A stretch of 64,000 bases of DNA, taken from assembly GCA_049840735.1 (NCBI GenBank), contig JASGJN010000022.1, positions 908,778-972,777 on the forward strand, read 5' to 3'. This DNA comes from Anaeromyxobacter sp. (lineage in GTDB: Bacteria; Myxococcota; Myxococcia; Myxococcales; Anaeromyxobacteraceae). The notes under the pieces are model-generated. The model was not told the DNA's origin. It worked only from the letters and a program-made list of their open reading frames with translations, and searched no databases. The translations under genes and the position numbers were made by a program. Positions 54,139-64,000 of the stretch are shown here, in pieces (position 1 is the first letter of the stretch; every line of letters starts with the position of its first letter).

Positions 54139-55611
54139 CTAGAACAGCGTCCCCGCTCCGGATTCTGCTTTGACTTGGGCTGCGACCGTCGACGGATTGG
54201 CGAGCAGCGTCGCCTCGTAGGTTTCGGTGCTGGTGCCACCCTTCGTCGGAGCGGTGAGCAAGAAGGTGTGATTGGTGCGGCGAATGGGTTTGGTCAATCC
54301 GGTCCCGTCCGACGGTTGGCCGCTGAGCGACAGCGTTGAGTTTCCGTCGACGAGATTGTCCTCGTCCGTTCCGCTGTTCATCGGTGCGTAGAGCTTACCG
54401 AAGTTGCCGGTTGAGCAGAATGGGTATGTCCCAGCGCCACTGTCGCTGTTGAATATCGCCGTCGTGGTGGACTCGAAGACGTTGCCTTGGAGGAGCCCCG
54501 TGCTGCCACAAGCGACGCCCAAGCCCTGTCGATCGATGTTCGACCAGAGGTTGTTGTACACGTGCCCCCACGTGCTCGGGCCGAAAAGAAAGGCGTTGTA
54601 TCGGCTCGAGCCATGAAACCAGTTATGGGCGAGGGTCAGCGCTGGATTCTGATTGGTTCCTAGGGTCGATGGACTGCGTTGCGTGCATACTCCGTCGACC
54701 TTACCGTCGAAATTGCAGTGACTGATCGTGATGTAACCCGTTTCGACGATCGTCTGTCCCGTGGTGCCGTCCAATGACGACATGATGTTGAAGTAGCCCT
54801 TGCCGATGTTGCGGAAGGTGGTGTGGTCGATCCAAACGTGATCGCCGGGCCACAGATTGATCCCGTAGCCCAAGCCATTGACGTGGTTGCCGACATTTTC
54901 GAGTGTCAGATTGCGGATGACGATGTTCGATACGTTCGAAAGGGAGATCATCGCGTTCTGGAAGACCGCACCTTTACCGAGCCCGATGAGCGTCTTGTGC
55001 GATCCGAATCGCAAATACTCGTGGGTATCGGTGATTTCGTAGCGGGTCTCGCCGTTGTTACAATAGGCGGCAATGGCCGTCTGTTTCGCGAGTGGGGTGG
55101 CAGGATCGCAAGGTTGGTCGCAGACCGCTATCGTCTTCGGCGTCGTCGCGAATGCATAGGTTCCCTCCGCAATCAGTAAAATCGCGGGGTCGTCGCTGCC
55201 AATCAGGTCGCGGATCTCCTGAACGTCGTCGACGTAGTGGAGGCGTCCCTGCGCGAATGCATCAGCATAGGTTCCACCGCCCGTCGTGCCACCGTTGAGA
55301 CTGGCGCCGCCGACTGGGCGTTCGTCGATGGCATCCGCGACGGCTTGCGTCACCGGTCCTGCGTCAGAGATCCCTAGGTTGATGGTTGAACTCGTGTTGC
55401 TGGCCGTTCCCCCGGAACCCGTCGCGCCTGCATTCGTCGCGCCCGAGATGCCAGCTGTGCCCGCGACGCCCCCTCCACCTCCGGCCTGGGAACGAGAGAG
55501 CAGGCGACTGCGTTGCTCCGTGCAGCGACAGTGCAGCACCGCGCATGCACCGACCATCAATAGCGGAACGATTGAGTTCTTGCGTAGATGAAGGGGAGTG
55601 CTCAGGGGCAT
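54139..55611 (-). CDS. Pectate-lyase (PL1)-like parallel beta-helix protein; start uncertain
   Basis: TTGGG, KTLIG, SNIVIRNL, DHVWIDH, ITISHCNF, GHVYNN, GNVFE. Confidence 0.8.
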   Translation of the reverse strand: MPLSTPLHLRKNSIVPLLMVGACAVLHCRCTEQRSRLLSRSQAGGGGGVAGTAGISGATNAGATGSGGTASNTSSTINLGISDAGPVTQAVADAIDERPVGGASLNGGTTGGGTYADAFAQGRLHYVDDVQEIRDLIGSDDPAILLIAEGTYAFATTPKTIAVCDQPCDPATPLAKQTAIAAYCNNGETRYEITDTHEYLRFGSHKTLIGLGKGAVFQNAMISLSNVSNIVIRNLTLENVGNHVNGLGYGINLWPGDHVWIDHTTFRNIGKGYFNIMSSLDGTTGQTIVETGYITISHCNFDGKVDGVCTQRSPSTLGTNQNPALTLAHNWFHGSSRYNAFLFGPSTWGHVYNNLWSNIDRQGLGVACGSTGLLQGNVFESTTTAIFNSDSGAGTYPFCSTGNFGKLYAPMNSGTDEDNLVDGNSTLSLSGQPSDGTGLTKPIRRTNHTFLLTAPTKGGTSTETYEATLLANPSTVAAQVKAESGAGTLF

Positions 55612-55869
55612 GGGGACCAAAAAGCGTACCACGCGCGGCCAAAGTTCAAAGGCTCGAGGGGTAGTACGGCGCGGAACCTCCTTGGGCTCCGCCGTCCAGA
55701 GCGGAGCTGTGGACATTGGCGTGGTCTCTGGATTATCGTCTCGTCTCCGGATGGACCGGTGATGGCATACGGCGTGCGCGTTCTTTCGGACGCGCATCGA
55801 CGGGCTCCGCGAATGCTTGCGGGATGCCGTTCGTGGTTCCCGGGCTGTGGAGCGAGTGGGGAGCAAGTC

Positions 55870-58800
55870 ATGACAAGAACGTCGAAGCGAGGGGCTGCGT
55901 TGCAGAGAGGCAGGTCGGCGGTGGTAAAACGCAAGAAGTCGAGGCCTCGCGGTGCGGACGCTCAAAAACCGCGGAGCCACGACACGTCAGCGGCGGACGA
56001 TGCCGCTATCGAGACTCCCGTAACGACGACACGGGCGCCGAAGGCGAAGCTGGCGAAAGCACCTGGATCACCGCGATCGCGCTCGGAAGGCGGAGCGCCG
56101 CACGCGCCGGCGTCGAAAGGAACTTCTCGGCGCGATATTTCACCTCCGGCTTCGGACCCGAGAAATCCAGTGGCGAGTGGGCATGCTGCTCGGCGTTCGA
56201 CGCCAGCGGAGAGTGCGACCCGTCGCCCCGGATACGAGCTGCGTCAGGAAGAGATCGAGCAGGCGCTCCGCGCGGGCAGCCAAACCGGGATTCTGGAAGA
56301 CTACTTTGGCGAGTCCGCTTATCGCGAACTGCGTGAATTGGCGCTCGAGTCCTCCACGACCCGACGCCGCGGTGGGCCGCGCGTATTGATTCTGCCTGGG
56401 ATCATGGGATCGACCCTCGGCATTCCGAATCGGGTGGGGCCTTTCGACGACGTGCTTTGGCTCGATCCTCTCGACGTTGGGTTGGGCCATCTCACTTGGC
56501 TTGCGCCCGATTCTGGTCGGGCACTCGCGCCCTTGGGCGTCATTCTCTTCACCTATTTGCGCCTGCGTTTGGCTCTGCAGCGGGCAGGCTACGATGCCGA
56601 CTTCTATCCCTTCGACTGGCGCCGCAGCATCGACGAACTCGGCGCCGAGCTCGCGGACGTCATCGGTCGCGAGCAACACGCCCGGATTCATTTGGTCGCG
56701 CACAGCATGGGCGGCCTCGTCGCTCGTGCCGCGCTGAGCCACGCAGAGGGCAAGAAAGTCGAACGACTGATCATGCTCGGCACCCCGAACTTCGGCTCCT
56801 TCGTACCGGTACAAGCCATTCGTGGAACGGCGAAAGTAGCCAGAACCATCGCGGCGCTCGAATCCGTTCCATTCGGCAGCGGAGCTTGCCGAGGGGGTGT
56901 TTTCCAAGCTGCCGGGGCTGTATCAGATGCTGCCCGCTCCCGAACGCTTTTCGACGGTCGATCTCTATTCGACCGCAGGATGGCCAAAACAAGGGCCGCA
57001 GCCGAGGCCGGAGCTTCTTCGGCAAGTCGCGCGGGTGCGCCGAACACTGGCGGAGGCAGACGAGCGATTCACGCTCGTCGCCGGTGTGAACCAAGAAACC
57101 GTGACGGGGCTCTCCTTGAGTGGTGGAGCTGAGTTCGTCTACGAGTGCTCTCGGCAAGGGGACGGAACCGTGCCTCTCGATTTCGCCCTTCTGCCTGGGG
57201 CTCGCACCTATACGGTCGAGGAAGAGCACGGCTCTTTGCCGAACAATGGACGCGTATGTGCCGCTGTCGTCGATCTATTGAGTACGGGTGAGACTTCGCG
57301 TCTCGACGTGCTTCGTCGGAGGATCGCAGTTCCCGTCGTATCCGGACGTGTCTCCGACGGTGAGCTCGTTCAGAAGCGTGCCTTCGATGGGCGAAGGGGG
57401 GCGGAGTTGAGTGCGAGCGAGGTACGGCGCGTAGCTTCGCAATTCGTCTCTCCCGACGCTCGGGAACAGGTGAGTGCGACACCCGTCGTGTCCACCCGAC
57501 TGGGTGAGGCGGACGCCGAAAGCGCGAGCAACGAGGGGTCACTCAGCGGCGTCGTCATTGGACGCAGGAGACAACGTCAGCTACAGATCCGGCTCGCTTA
57601 CGGGAATATCCTCGGTGTGCGGGCTCGAGCATACGTAACGGGGATCTTCAACGGTGTCGATCCCGGTGGGCCAGCTGCGGCCATCGACGCGATTCTCGAA
57701 GGCACCATCGAAGAGTTTACGCGGCGTCGGATGTTCACGGCGAACGCCGGCGAGATATTTGCGATTCCCACGGCAGATCATCTGATCCACGCCGACACGG
57801 TCGTGCTTGCCGGGCTCGGCTCCTTCGATCAATTCGGTCCCGAGACTCAGCAGCTCGTGGCCGAGAACGTCGGGCGCTCACTGCAATTGACGCGCATCGA
57901 TGACTTTGCGACGGTACTCTTCGGTGTTGGTTCGGGCCATACCGTTGCTGCGTCTCTGCAGAGCTACCTCATCGGCCTCCTGCGCGGCCTCTCGGACACG
58001 GAAGGGGCTAGCTTGCGTCGAGTCACCTTGTGCGAAACGGATCGCGAACGGTTCAAGCAGATGCGGGATGAACTCCTTCGGCTGACGACCACGAAGCTCT
58101 TCGACGACGTCCAACTCACCTTGGACGAGATCGAGGTGCCTGCGCCACCCGAGCCCGTCACGGCAACTCGTGCCATGCTGCGTGTCGAGCAGCCCGTCGT
58201 TTACTTGCACGTCCGACGTGAGCCAGGATCTGCAAAAACGCAAGCTTTTCGCTCGACGGTCCTCACGGCGGGTTCGAAGGCAGCGGTCATTACGGGCGTA
58301 CGAGAGGTGTCGGATCGAGAACTCTCGTCGGCCTTGAGCAAGATCGACGCCGATCAACTCACCTTTCGTAATCTCGAGCAGTTCGGTTCGGCGCTCGGCG
58401 AACTCGTGCTCGCCGAGGAGGTTCGCACCGTTCTCGATAAATTGAGGCAATGCCACCTGGTGGTTGTGCACGATGCTCCAGCTTCGAGAATTCCATGGGA
58501 GACCTTGTGCATCAAGAGCTCCGAGCGAGCCGAGCCGTTCTTTCCGGCCAAGGGAGCCGGCTTGAGTCGTCGGTACATCGCCGACAATCTGTCCGTGTCG
58601 AAGTGGCTCGAAGAACGTCGGCAGGATCGCGTTCTCAAGGTATTGTTGGTGGCCAATCCTACGGAAGACCTCGATGGCGCCAACGTCGAAGCCGCGCGCA
58701 TCAAACGTCTCTTCGAACGTCAACGCGACGTGAGTATCACCGAGCTCGCAGGTCCCGAGGCCACGAAGCCCGCATTGCTGTCGGCGTTTCGTTCTGGTCA

Positions 58801-59284
58801 GTACGACGTGCTGCACTATGCGGGGCACGCGTATTTCGATCCGAAGACGCCATCGCTCAGTGGCATCTATTGTGCCGGGGAACAGGTGCTCACGGGCGCA
58901 GAACTCGCCAACTTGGCCCGACTCCCGTCGCTGGTTTTCTTCAATGCGTGCGAGGCGGGGAGGATCCGGGGTCGCTCGCCGAAAGCCCCCGACGCCCAAG
59001 GGAGCGTTCGGCTAGAAAAGCGAATCGAGCAGAACGTCGGCCTCGCCGAGGCGTTTCTTCGTGGTGGAGTGCCCAATTACGTCGGAACCTATTGGCCCGT
59101 CTCCGACCGGGCAGCAGAGGTTTTCGCCGCGACGTTCTACGCTGCCATTATCGACGGACAGCCGATCGGTACTGCACTCGGACGCTCGCGTTTGGCCGTA
59201 TTCGAGCTGCGTGAGGTCGATTGGGCCGACTATGTCTTATATGGAAGTTTCGACTTCGTGCTCAAACGTCTAGCGCACTCTTGA
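55870..59284 (+). CDS. Fusion of a PGAP1/LCAT-like alpha/beta hydrolase, a peptidase-M17 N-terminal (macro-like) domain and a CHAT caspase-like protease; frameshift near 56860
   Basis: LPGIMGS, FDWR, AHSMGG, LGTPNFGS, GDGTVP, EHGSLP; AIDAILEG...VVLAGLG; IPWE, LHYAGH, FFNACE, GTYWPVSD, WADYVLYG. Confidence 0.85.
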
Positions 59285-59312
59285 TGTTCTCGTTCGCGAA
59301 AGGTCACGTTCT

Positions 59313-59963
59313 ATGGAAAATCGTGAATTGAACTGGAAAAGGTGCGTTCTCCCGGTCCGCTTCAGGGCTGCCGCACCCGAAACCTGGGCACGCAGGAAGG
59401 AGCCAGGTCCGCGTGAGATCCGCCTGCTCGTGCTTCATTCGGCAGAGTGTGCGGAGGTGCCGGGTGCAGCGGAAGCGTTGCAAAGCTGGGCAAGTGGCTC
59501 GAACCATCCGAAGGGTGCGTCGTGGCACTTCGCCGTGGACTGCGATTCGATCACTCAAAGCGTCGAGATCGAAGACGTCGCGTGGCACGCGGGGGTCGTG
59601 AACGGGTACTCGATTGGTATCGAGCAGGCAGGGCGTGCCTCGCAAACGCTGGCGCAATGGTCTGACGAATACTCGAGCCGCATGCTCGAGCGAACCGCGA
59701 GACTCCTCGCCGTGCTCGCCGGTATGTACGACCTACCGCTCGAGCACGTCGAGCACGAGCTTTCGACAGCTCGGGGGGTGACGACGCATGCTGACGTGAC
59801 TCGATGTTTCGCGGTCCGCGGTGGACACACAGATCCAGGGGCCAACTATCCTTTGGCTCGGGTGCTCGACCTCGCGCGACGGTACCAACTCGAGGCAGTG
59901 TGCAGTGACGAAGATTTGCGAGTACTTGCAGGTCGTAGTGGTTCGGGGGTGGCGGAGCGGTGA
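59313..59963 (+). CDS. N-acetylmuramoyl-L-alanine amidase (Amidase_2)
   Basis: VLHSAE, SWHFAVD, AWHAG, SIGIE, TH.DV, HTDPG. Confidence 0.9.
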   Translation: MENRELNWKRCVLPVRFRAAAPETWARRKEPGPREIRLLVLHSAECAEVPGAAEALQSWASGSNHPKGASWHFAVDCDSITQSVEIEDVAWHAGVVNGYSIGIEQAGRASQTLAQWSDEYSSRMLERTARLLAVLAGMYDLPLEHVEHELSTARGVTTHADVTRCFAVRGGHTDPGANYPLARVLDLARRYQLEAVCSDEDLRVLAGRSGSGVAER

Positions 59964-60160
59964 GCAATGCCGGACCTGTCGCTCTGGGCATAGCAACGCC
60001 GGGCGGCACGCGTGGGTGGCTTTCCAGGAAGCGCGTGCGTGGCGCTTCCTGCCTCACTGGGCAGCTCGTGCACGCGCGAGTTCCAGAGTTTCCTGGGTGA
60101 CGCGACGCGCTTCGTGCGATGAGTACCGCTGGGCGAGGCGATGTGTGGCTTTCGCGGAAA

Positions 60161-60176
60161 CGGCACGCTCCTGGCA
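60161..60176 (+). promoter_or_regulatory. Possible sigma54 promoter
   Basis: CGGCACGCTCCTGGCA with GG-N10-GC spacing, 60 bp upstream of the start at 60236. Confidence 0.35.
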
Positions 60177-60235
60177 TTGCTGACCGGAACGACGAGCAAC
60201 GCGAGTTGCTCGTTCGTTGCTCCAGGAGAACTCCA

Positions 60236-60640
60236 ATGAAACTTCTCAACCCACGCATCCATGGCTACATCGATTACGTCGCGGTCGTGGGGTTGGCGCT
60301 TGCTCCAACCCTGTTCGGCTTTATGGGCGTGCCCGCGACGATATGTTACGTCCTTGCCGCCGTGCAACTCGGCATGAGCCTCATCACGGCATACCCAGTC
60401 AGTGTCGCCAAAGTGATTCCATTTACGGTTCACGGTGGTATCGAGCTCTTGACTGCGCTCTTTCTGCTTGCCGCGCCGTGGATCTTCGCCTTTGCCGACG
60501 TCCTCGCCGCACGTAACTTCTTCATCGCTGCTGGCGTCGGTCTCTTCCTCGTCTACCTGGTGACCGACTACAAGGCCGCGGGTGCGGAGAGCTCCGCTCA
60601 CTTCGCATCTCAAGGCCGAAATGTGACGAGTCACGTCTGA
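60236..60640 (+). CDS. SPW-repeat-like small membrane protein
   Basis: RBS AGGAG; IHGYIDY, SLITAY, HGGIE, LVTDY; four TM helices. Confidence 0.75.
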   Translation: MKLLNPRIHGYIDYVAVVGLALAPTLFGFMGVPATICYVLAAVQLGMSLITAYPVSVAKVIPFTVHGGIELLTALFLLAAPWIFAFADVLAARNFFIAAGVGLFLVYLVTDYKAAGAESSAHFASQGRNVTSHV

Positions 60641-60764
60641 TTCGCTCGTCCCGCTTGGGCGTGTCGTCTGTCGTCGGAGCACGAGTAAGACGTGAGAGGC
60701 GATGCGAACGCCCAAGAAGGATTGCTTCAGATGCGAGGTCTCCCGCGAGGCTTCGAGCAGGTGA

Positions 60765-61470
60765 CTACTTCTTGCCCTCCGAACCGTCCGATGAGAGGGC
60801 ATCGAGGAGTTGCTCGAGCTCCTTCTTTCCCGTTAGTCAAACCCGCTTCGCCGAAGGCCTCGAGCATGCTGCTCGTCACCTTCGAATCTTGCACGATGAG
60901 CGCTGCCATTGGATAGCGGTTCTCTTGTACCGAAATGAGAAATGCGCGTCTGCCGTCCGCGTTCTTCTCCACTTCGCGCATCAACGCTCTCCATCGTCGC
61001 TCGCATGGCGCTCCTCCCGTTGGACCATGATCAAGTGCGGCAATATGAGGGCGCTCGCGCATGGCTTCAGCGACGGCCTGAAGTGCGGCAGGCTTGTCGC
61101 TCACCGCGTCGAAGGTAGCGACCATCACTTGCTTCAGACCATTGGGTTGCTCCGCGAGGCGACGTGCCGTCATTCTCGCGAGGTCGTCGTTTTCGAGTCC
61201 CTTGGAGGTGCTTTGCAGGAATCTGTCGAGGGTACGTGGATGTTTCAGTGCCTGCTGGAAGAACTGATCGACGTAGCGCGGGTTCTCATCCAACGTGCGC
61301 AGGGTCGCCTCGAAGGTTTCCTCACCATTCTCGTCGTTCTTCAGGGCGGCCTCGAGAGCAGGCTTCTGTGTGCTCGCGCTACATGCGAGAACGAGAATTG
61401 CTGCGACGGATGCGACGGATGTGCGGAGCAGGGATACCTTCGTAAGCGGGATGGTCAGGTTCGAGAACAT
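60765..61470 (-). CDS. Hypothetical helical lipoprotein with internal frameshifts
   Basis: Lipobox VLAC; amphipathic helical repeats; repaired C-terminus ends GSEGKK*. Confidence 0.6.
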
Positions 61471-61741
61471 GGGGCCTCTTGGTGCGGTCGATTCGAGCTT
61501 TTCGATTCGACTGGCGCAATTCGATGCGGTCAGCGATGCAAGGCGAGGGCCGAACCGCGTACGAAATTGGACGAGGAACTTACCCGAGTCCGAGACTCGA
61601 CTGGGAGGTCGATGAGCCAACGTCCTGCCAGAACGGCAGCTGCTGGGCCGAAGCTCCTCGAGATTCGGCCAGGAAGTAACGCTGGAAGGGACAGTGTGGC
61701 GCTAGCGGAGGACTTGCACTAAGTTCTCGTACCGTCTCGGA

Positions 61742-62348
61742 ATGGAAGACCTTTCTGACTACCCTGACCGTATCTCTGGCCTCGCTCGACGCGTTGTCCG
61801 TGTACGCCGTCGGGTTCGCTGTAATCGTGGTCTGCGGCCTTGGCGTGCCGATTCCGGAAGACATCACGTTGCTGACGATGGGCTATCTAACTACCATGCC
61901 GGACGGGAGTCCTCGCCCACATACGAGCGTGCTGCTCGCAAGTTTGGCGGGATTCCTCGGTTGTATGGGTGGCGACGGCATCATGTTTGCCATCGGGCGC
62001 CGTTACGGAATGAGTGTCATTGGGCACCGGCCCTTTCGATGGTTGATCACGCCGGAGCGCCTCGAGCGTGCGCGAAGGATCATGGACCAACATGGTCCGA
62101 AGATCCTCTTCGCTGCTCGATTCATGCCTGGGATTCGTTCCGTCGGTTTCTTCACCGCGGGCTCTCTCGGGACGCCTTATTCTCGCTTCCTCACCTATGA
62201 CGGCCTGGCTGCGATGATTTCGGCCCTTCTCGTCTACTCGGGTTGGTATTGGGGTTTCCGATCCGAGTGGGCGATTGCCCAGGTGAGACACGCCGAACAT
62301 GGCATGTTGATTCTCATGGGGGTCGTGACGGTCGTCGCCGTCCGCTGA
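61742..62348 (+). CDS. DedA-family membrane protein; 5' frameshift
   Basis: GVPIPEDITLL, GDGIMFAIGR, ARFMPGIR. Confidence 0.85.
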
Positions 62349-62519
62349 AGGCGTTACGCGCGCGCAGCCGACGCGAAGCGGTCGTCACCCGATAGTCTTT
62401 TTCTGGAGAAGAATGGCTTGCACGGCGTGGGAACGGCGTTTTTGCGGACGTGATTGAGGCTCTTTTCCGCCGCAGCCATCAATAGTTCGAATGCGCCAGC
62501 TCGGCGCGGTGCGGGGTCC

Positions 62520-62588
62520 GACGGGGAACGGTCGCGTCGCGCACGGCGCGGGGTTCGACGGGGAACGGTCGCGTCGCGCACGGCGCGC
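62520..62588. repeat. Two direct copies of about 31 bp (GACGGGGAACGGTCGCGTCGCGCACGGCGCG)
   Basis: Read directly from the sequence. Confidence 0.75.
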
Positions 62589-63003
62589 TGTCGCGTGGGG
62601 AACGCGCCGTGAATGAGACGCGCCGGGCCAACTTCGACTCCTGCGTGTGCGGGCAGGGATGAGTCATGGCGATCTGACTGGAGGTCCTTGGCGCGGGAAC
62701 GAGCCGGCTTACGTCATTGCCGTGCGAGCGGCGCCCGTCCGGCACAGGGTTCGAGTGGGTCAAGGAGCGGTGGCCATGGTTGGGGCGACGTGAAAATCGC
62801 TGCCAGAGCGGCGCGGCTCCGCGTGGCTCTGTCCCAGATAAAGGGATCGGCTCCACTCGGACCGGTTCCACTTGGACCGGCTCCGCTCGGACCGACGCCA
62901 CGGGCGTTGTGCATGCGCATTTGTTGAAGTCGTCTTTTTCCAAGGAAACGCGTCGAACGGGTCCCTGAAGTTCGCAAATCGTGCTTGAATTGGGCGTTCA
63001 CCA

Positions 63004-64000
63004 ATGAAGTACTTTTCCTCTTCGCTTCTCGTCGCGTCGGGTGTGCTGTCGGTCGCGGTTGGCCTCTCCTTTGGCTGCGGCAGTAGCGATGGGGGATTCA
63101 ACGAGCCCATCAAGGGAGGCAGTACCAGCAAGGGCGGCTCGTCGGGGGTGGGAGGGACCGGCTCGGCCGTGGGCGGGACGAGTGCCGCATTGGGCGGTTA
63201 TTCTGCTGCGACGGTTCCGTCGGAGGTACGACGGCTCGCCAATGCGACAGTGGGCTCAAGTCCTGCAGCGGCAGCTGCGTGGACGTGAAAACGAACGCAG
63301 CTCACTGTGGAGATTGTTCGCAACCCTGCCCCGGGGTCGAGTCCTGCGTCGACGGGGCGTGTGCATGCCCAGGCGCCGTCATTTTCAACCTGCGACGGCG
63401 TGTGCACGGACGTTGGACCAATCCTCTCAATTGCGGCGGCTGTAACAAGATTGTCGATTGAGTGAATCCTGTGTCGACGGCGCATGCACCTGCAACCCCA
63501 CGTCCGGTACGACACGTTGTGATTCCGGCTGCTTCGATTTAAAGACGGACCGCACTCATTGCGGAACTTGCGACACGACCTGTGGCGCTCAAGAGGTGTG
63601 CAACCAGGGCGTTTGCGCCTCGTCGTGTACTAGTCCAGTCGTCGAGTGCGGAAACGCTACTCAAGCTTGCAACGTTGAATCTTCACTGCGGAACCTGCGA
63701 CACGGCTTGCGGTACGAAAGAGAGCTGTTCCGCCGGCAAGTGCGTGTGCGCAACGGGTACCTCGTCTTGCGGTTCGAAGTGCATCGATCCTTTGACTGAC
63801 GGAAGTAACTGCGGTGGTTGCGGGAAATCTTGCGGCGCAGACAAGTCCTGTGTCAACGGCTCCTGCGTCTGCAAGGGCAATCTGTCGAACTGTGACGGAA
63901 GCTGCGTCAATCTGCAGACCAGTCAATCGCACTGCGGGAGTTGCACGACGGTCTGCTCGTCTGGACAAGTCTGCACCGAAGGCAAGTGTTCTTGTTCGGG
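63004..64000 (+). CDS. Cys-rich lipoprotein with Stig1/MXAN_6577-like repeats; frameshifted and runs off the window end
   Basis: Lipobox SFGC, Gly linker, repeated C.D..TD..HCG.C...C.....C..G.C. Confidence 0.75.

Noticed and set aside
59313..59963. Prophage lysis cassette
   Set aside because: No holin, structural, terminase or integrase genes nearby
1290..64000. Mass pseudogenisation or programmed frameshifting
   Set aside because: Catalytic motifs are intact on both sides of the breaks, there are no slippery heptamers, and the breaks cluster at GATC, which favours sequencing error

Overview
GC-rich bacterial chromosomal segment. The gene content points to Myxococcota, most likely Polyangiaceae-like: DUF4215/Myxococcus Cys-rich repeats with a fibro-slime domain, Dictyostelium-type repeats, Gly/Ser-linker lipoproteins, an FHA protein and sigma54-type promoters. 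It holds about 40 genes. Many encode secreted or lipoprotein CAZymes and proteases (M4/M36-like protease, BNR_4, GH128, thaumatin-like, Tos1-like, CE4, PL14, PL1, trypsin). Others are anaerobe-type or housekeeping genes (qNOR, Na+-decarboxylase beta subunit, NifB/NifX plus DUF134, panE, DrrAB, DedA). I saw no rRNA, tRNA, CRISPR array, integrase or transposase. Many genes are split by 1-bp frameshifts. Most breakpoints repair to the sequence GATC, which suggests long-read basecalling errors at a modified GATC motif rather than true pseudogenes. Best candidates for undescribed systems: (1) a three-gene cluster of fungal/plant-type beta-1,3-glucan proteins (GH128, thaumatin, Tos1-like) beside a divergent regulator-lipoprotein pair; (2) a lipase / M17_N(macro-like) / CHAT-caspase fusion followed by an amidase; (3) a NifX-like protein with a tandem HGCGCH metal-binding tail plus a DUF134 regulator behind a perfect 26-bp palindrome; (4) a RAPP-motif leader ORF upstream of an orphan oadG-like/oadB pair. 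All family calls come from recognising motifs by eye; no database search was run.
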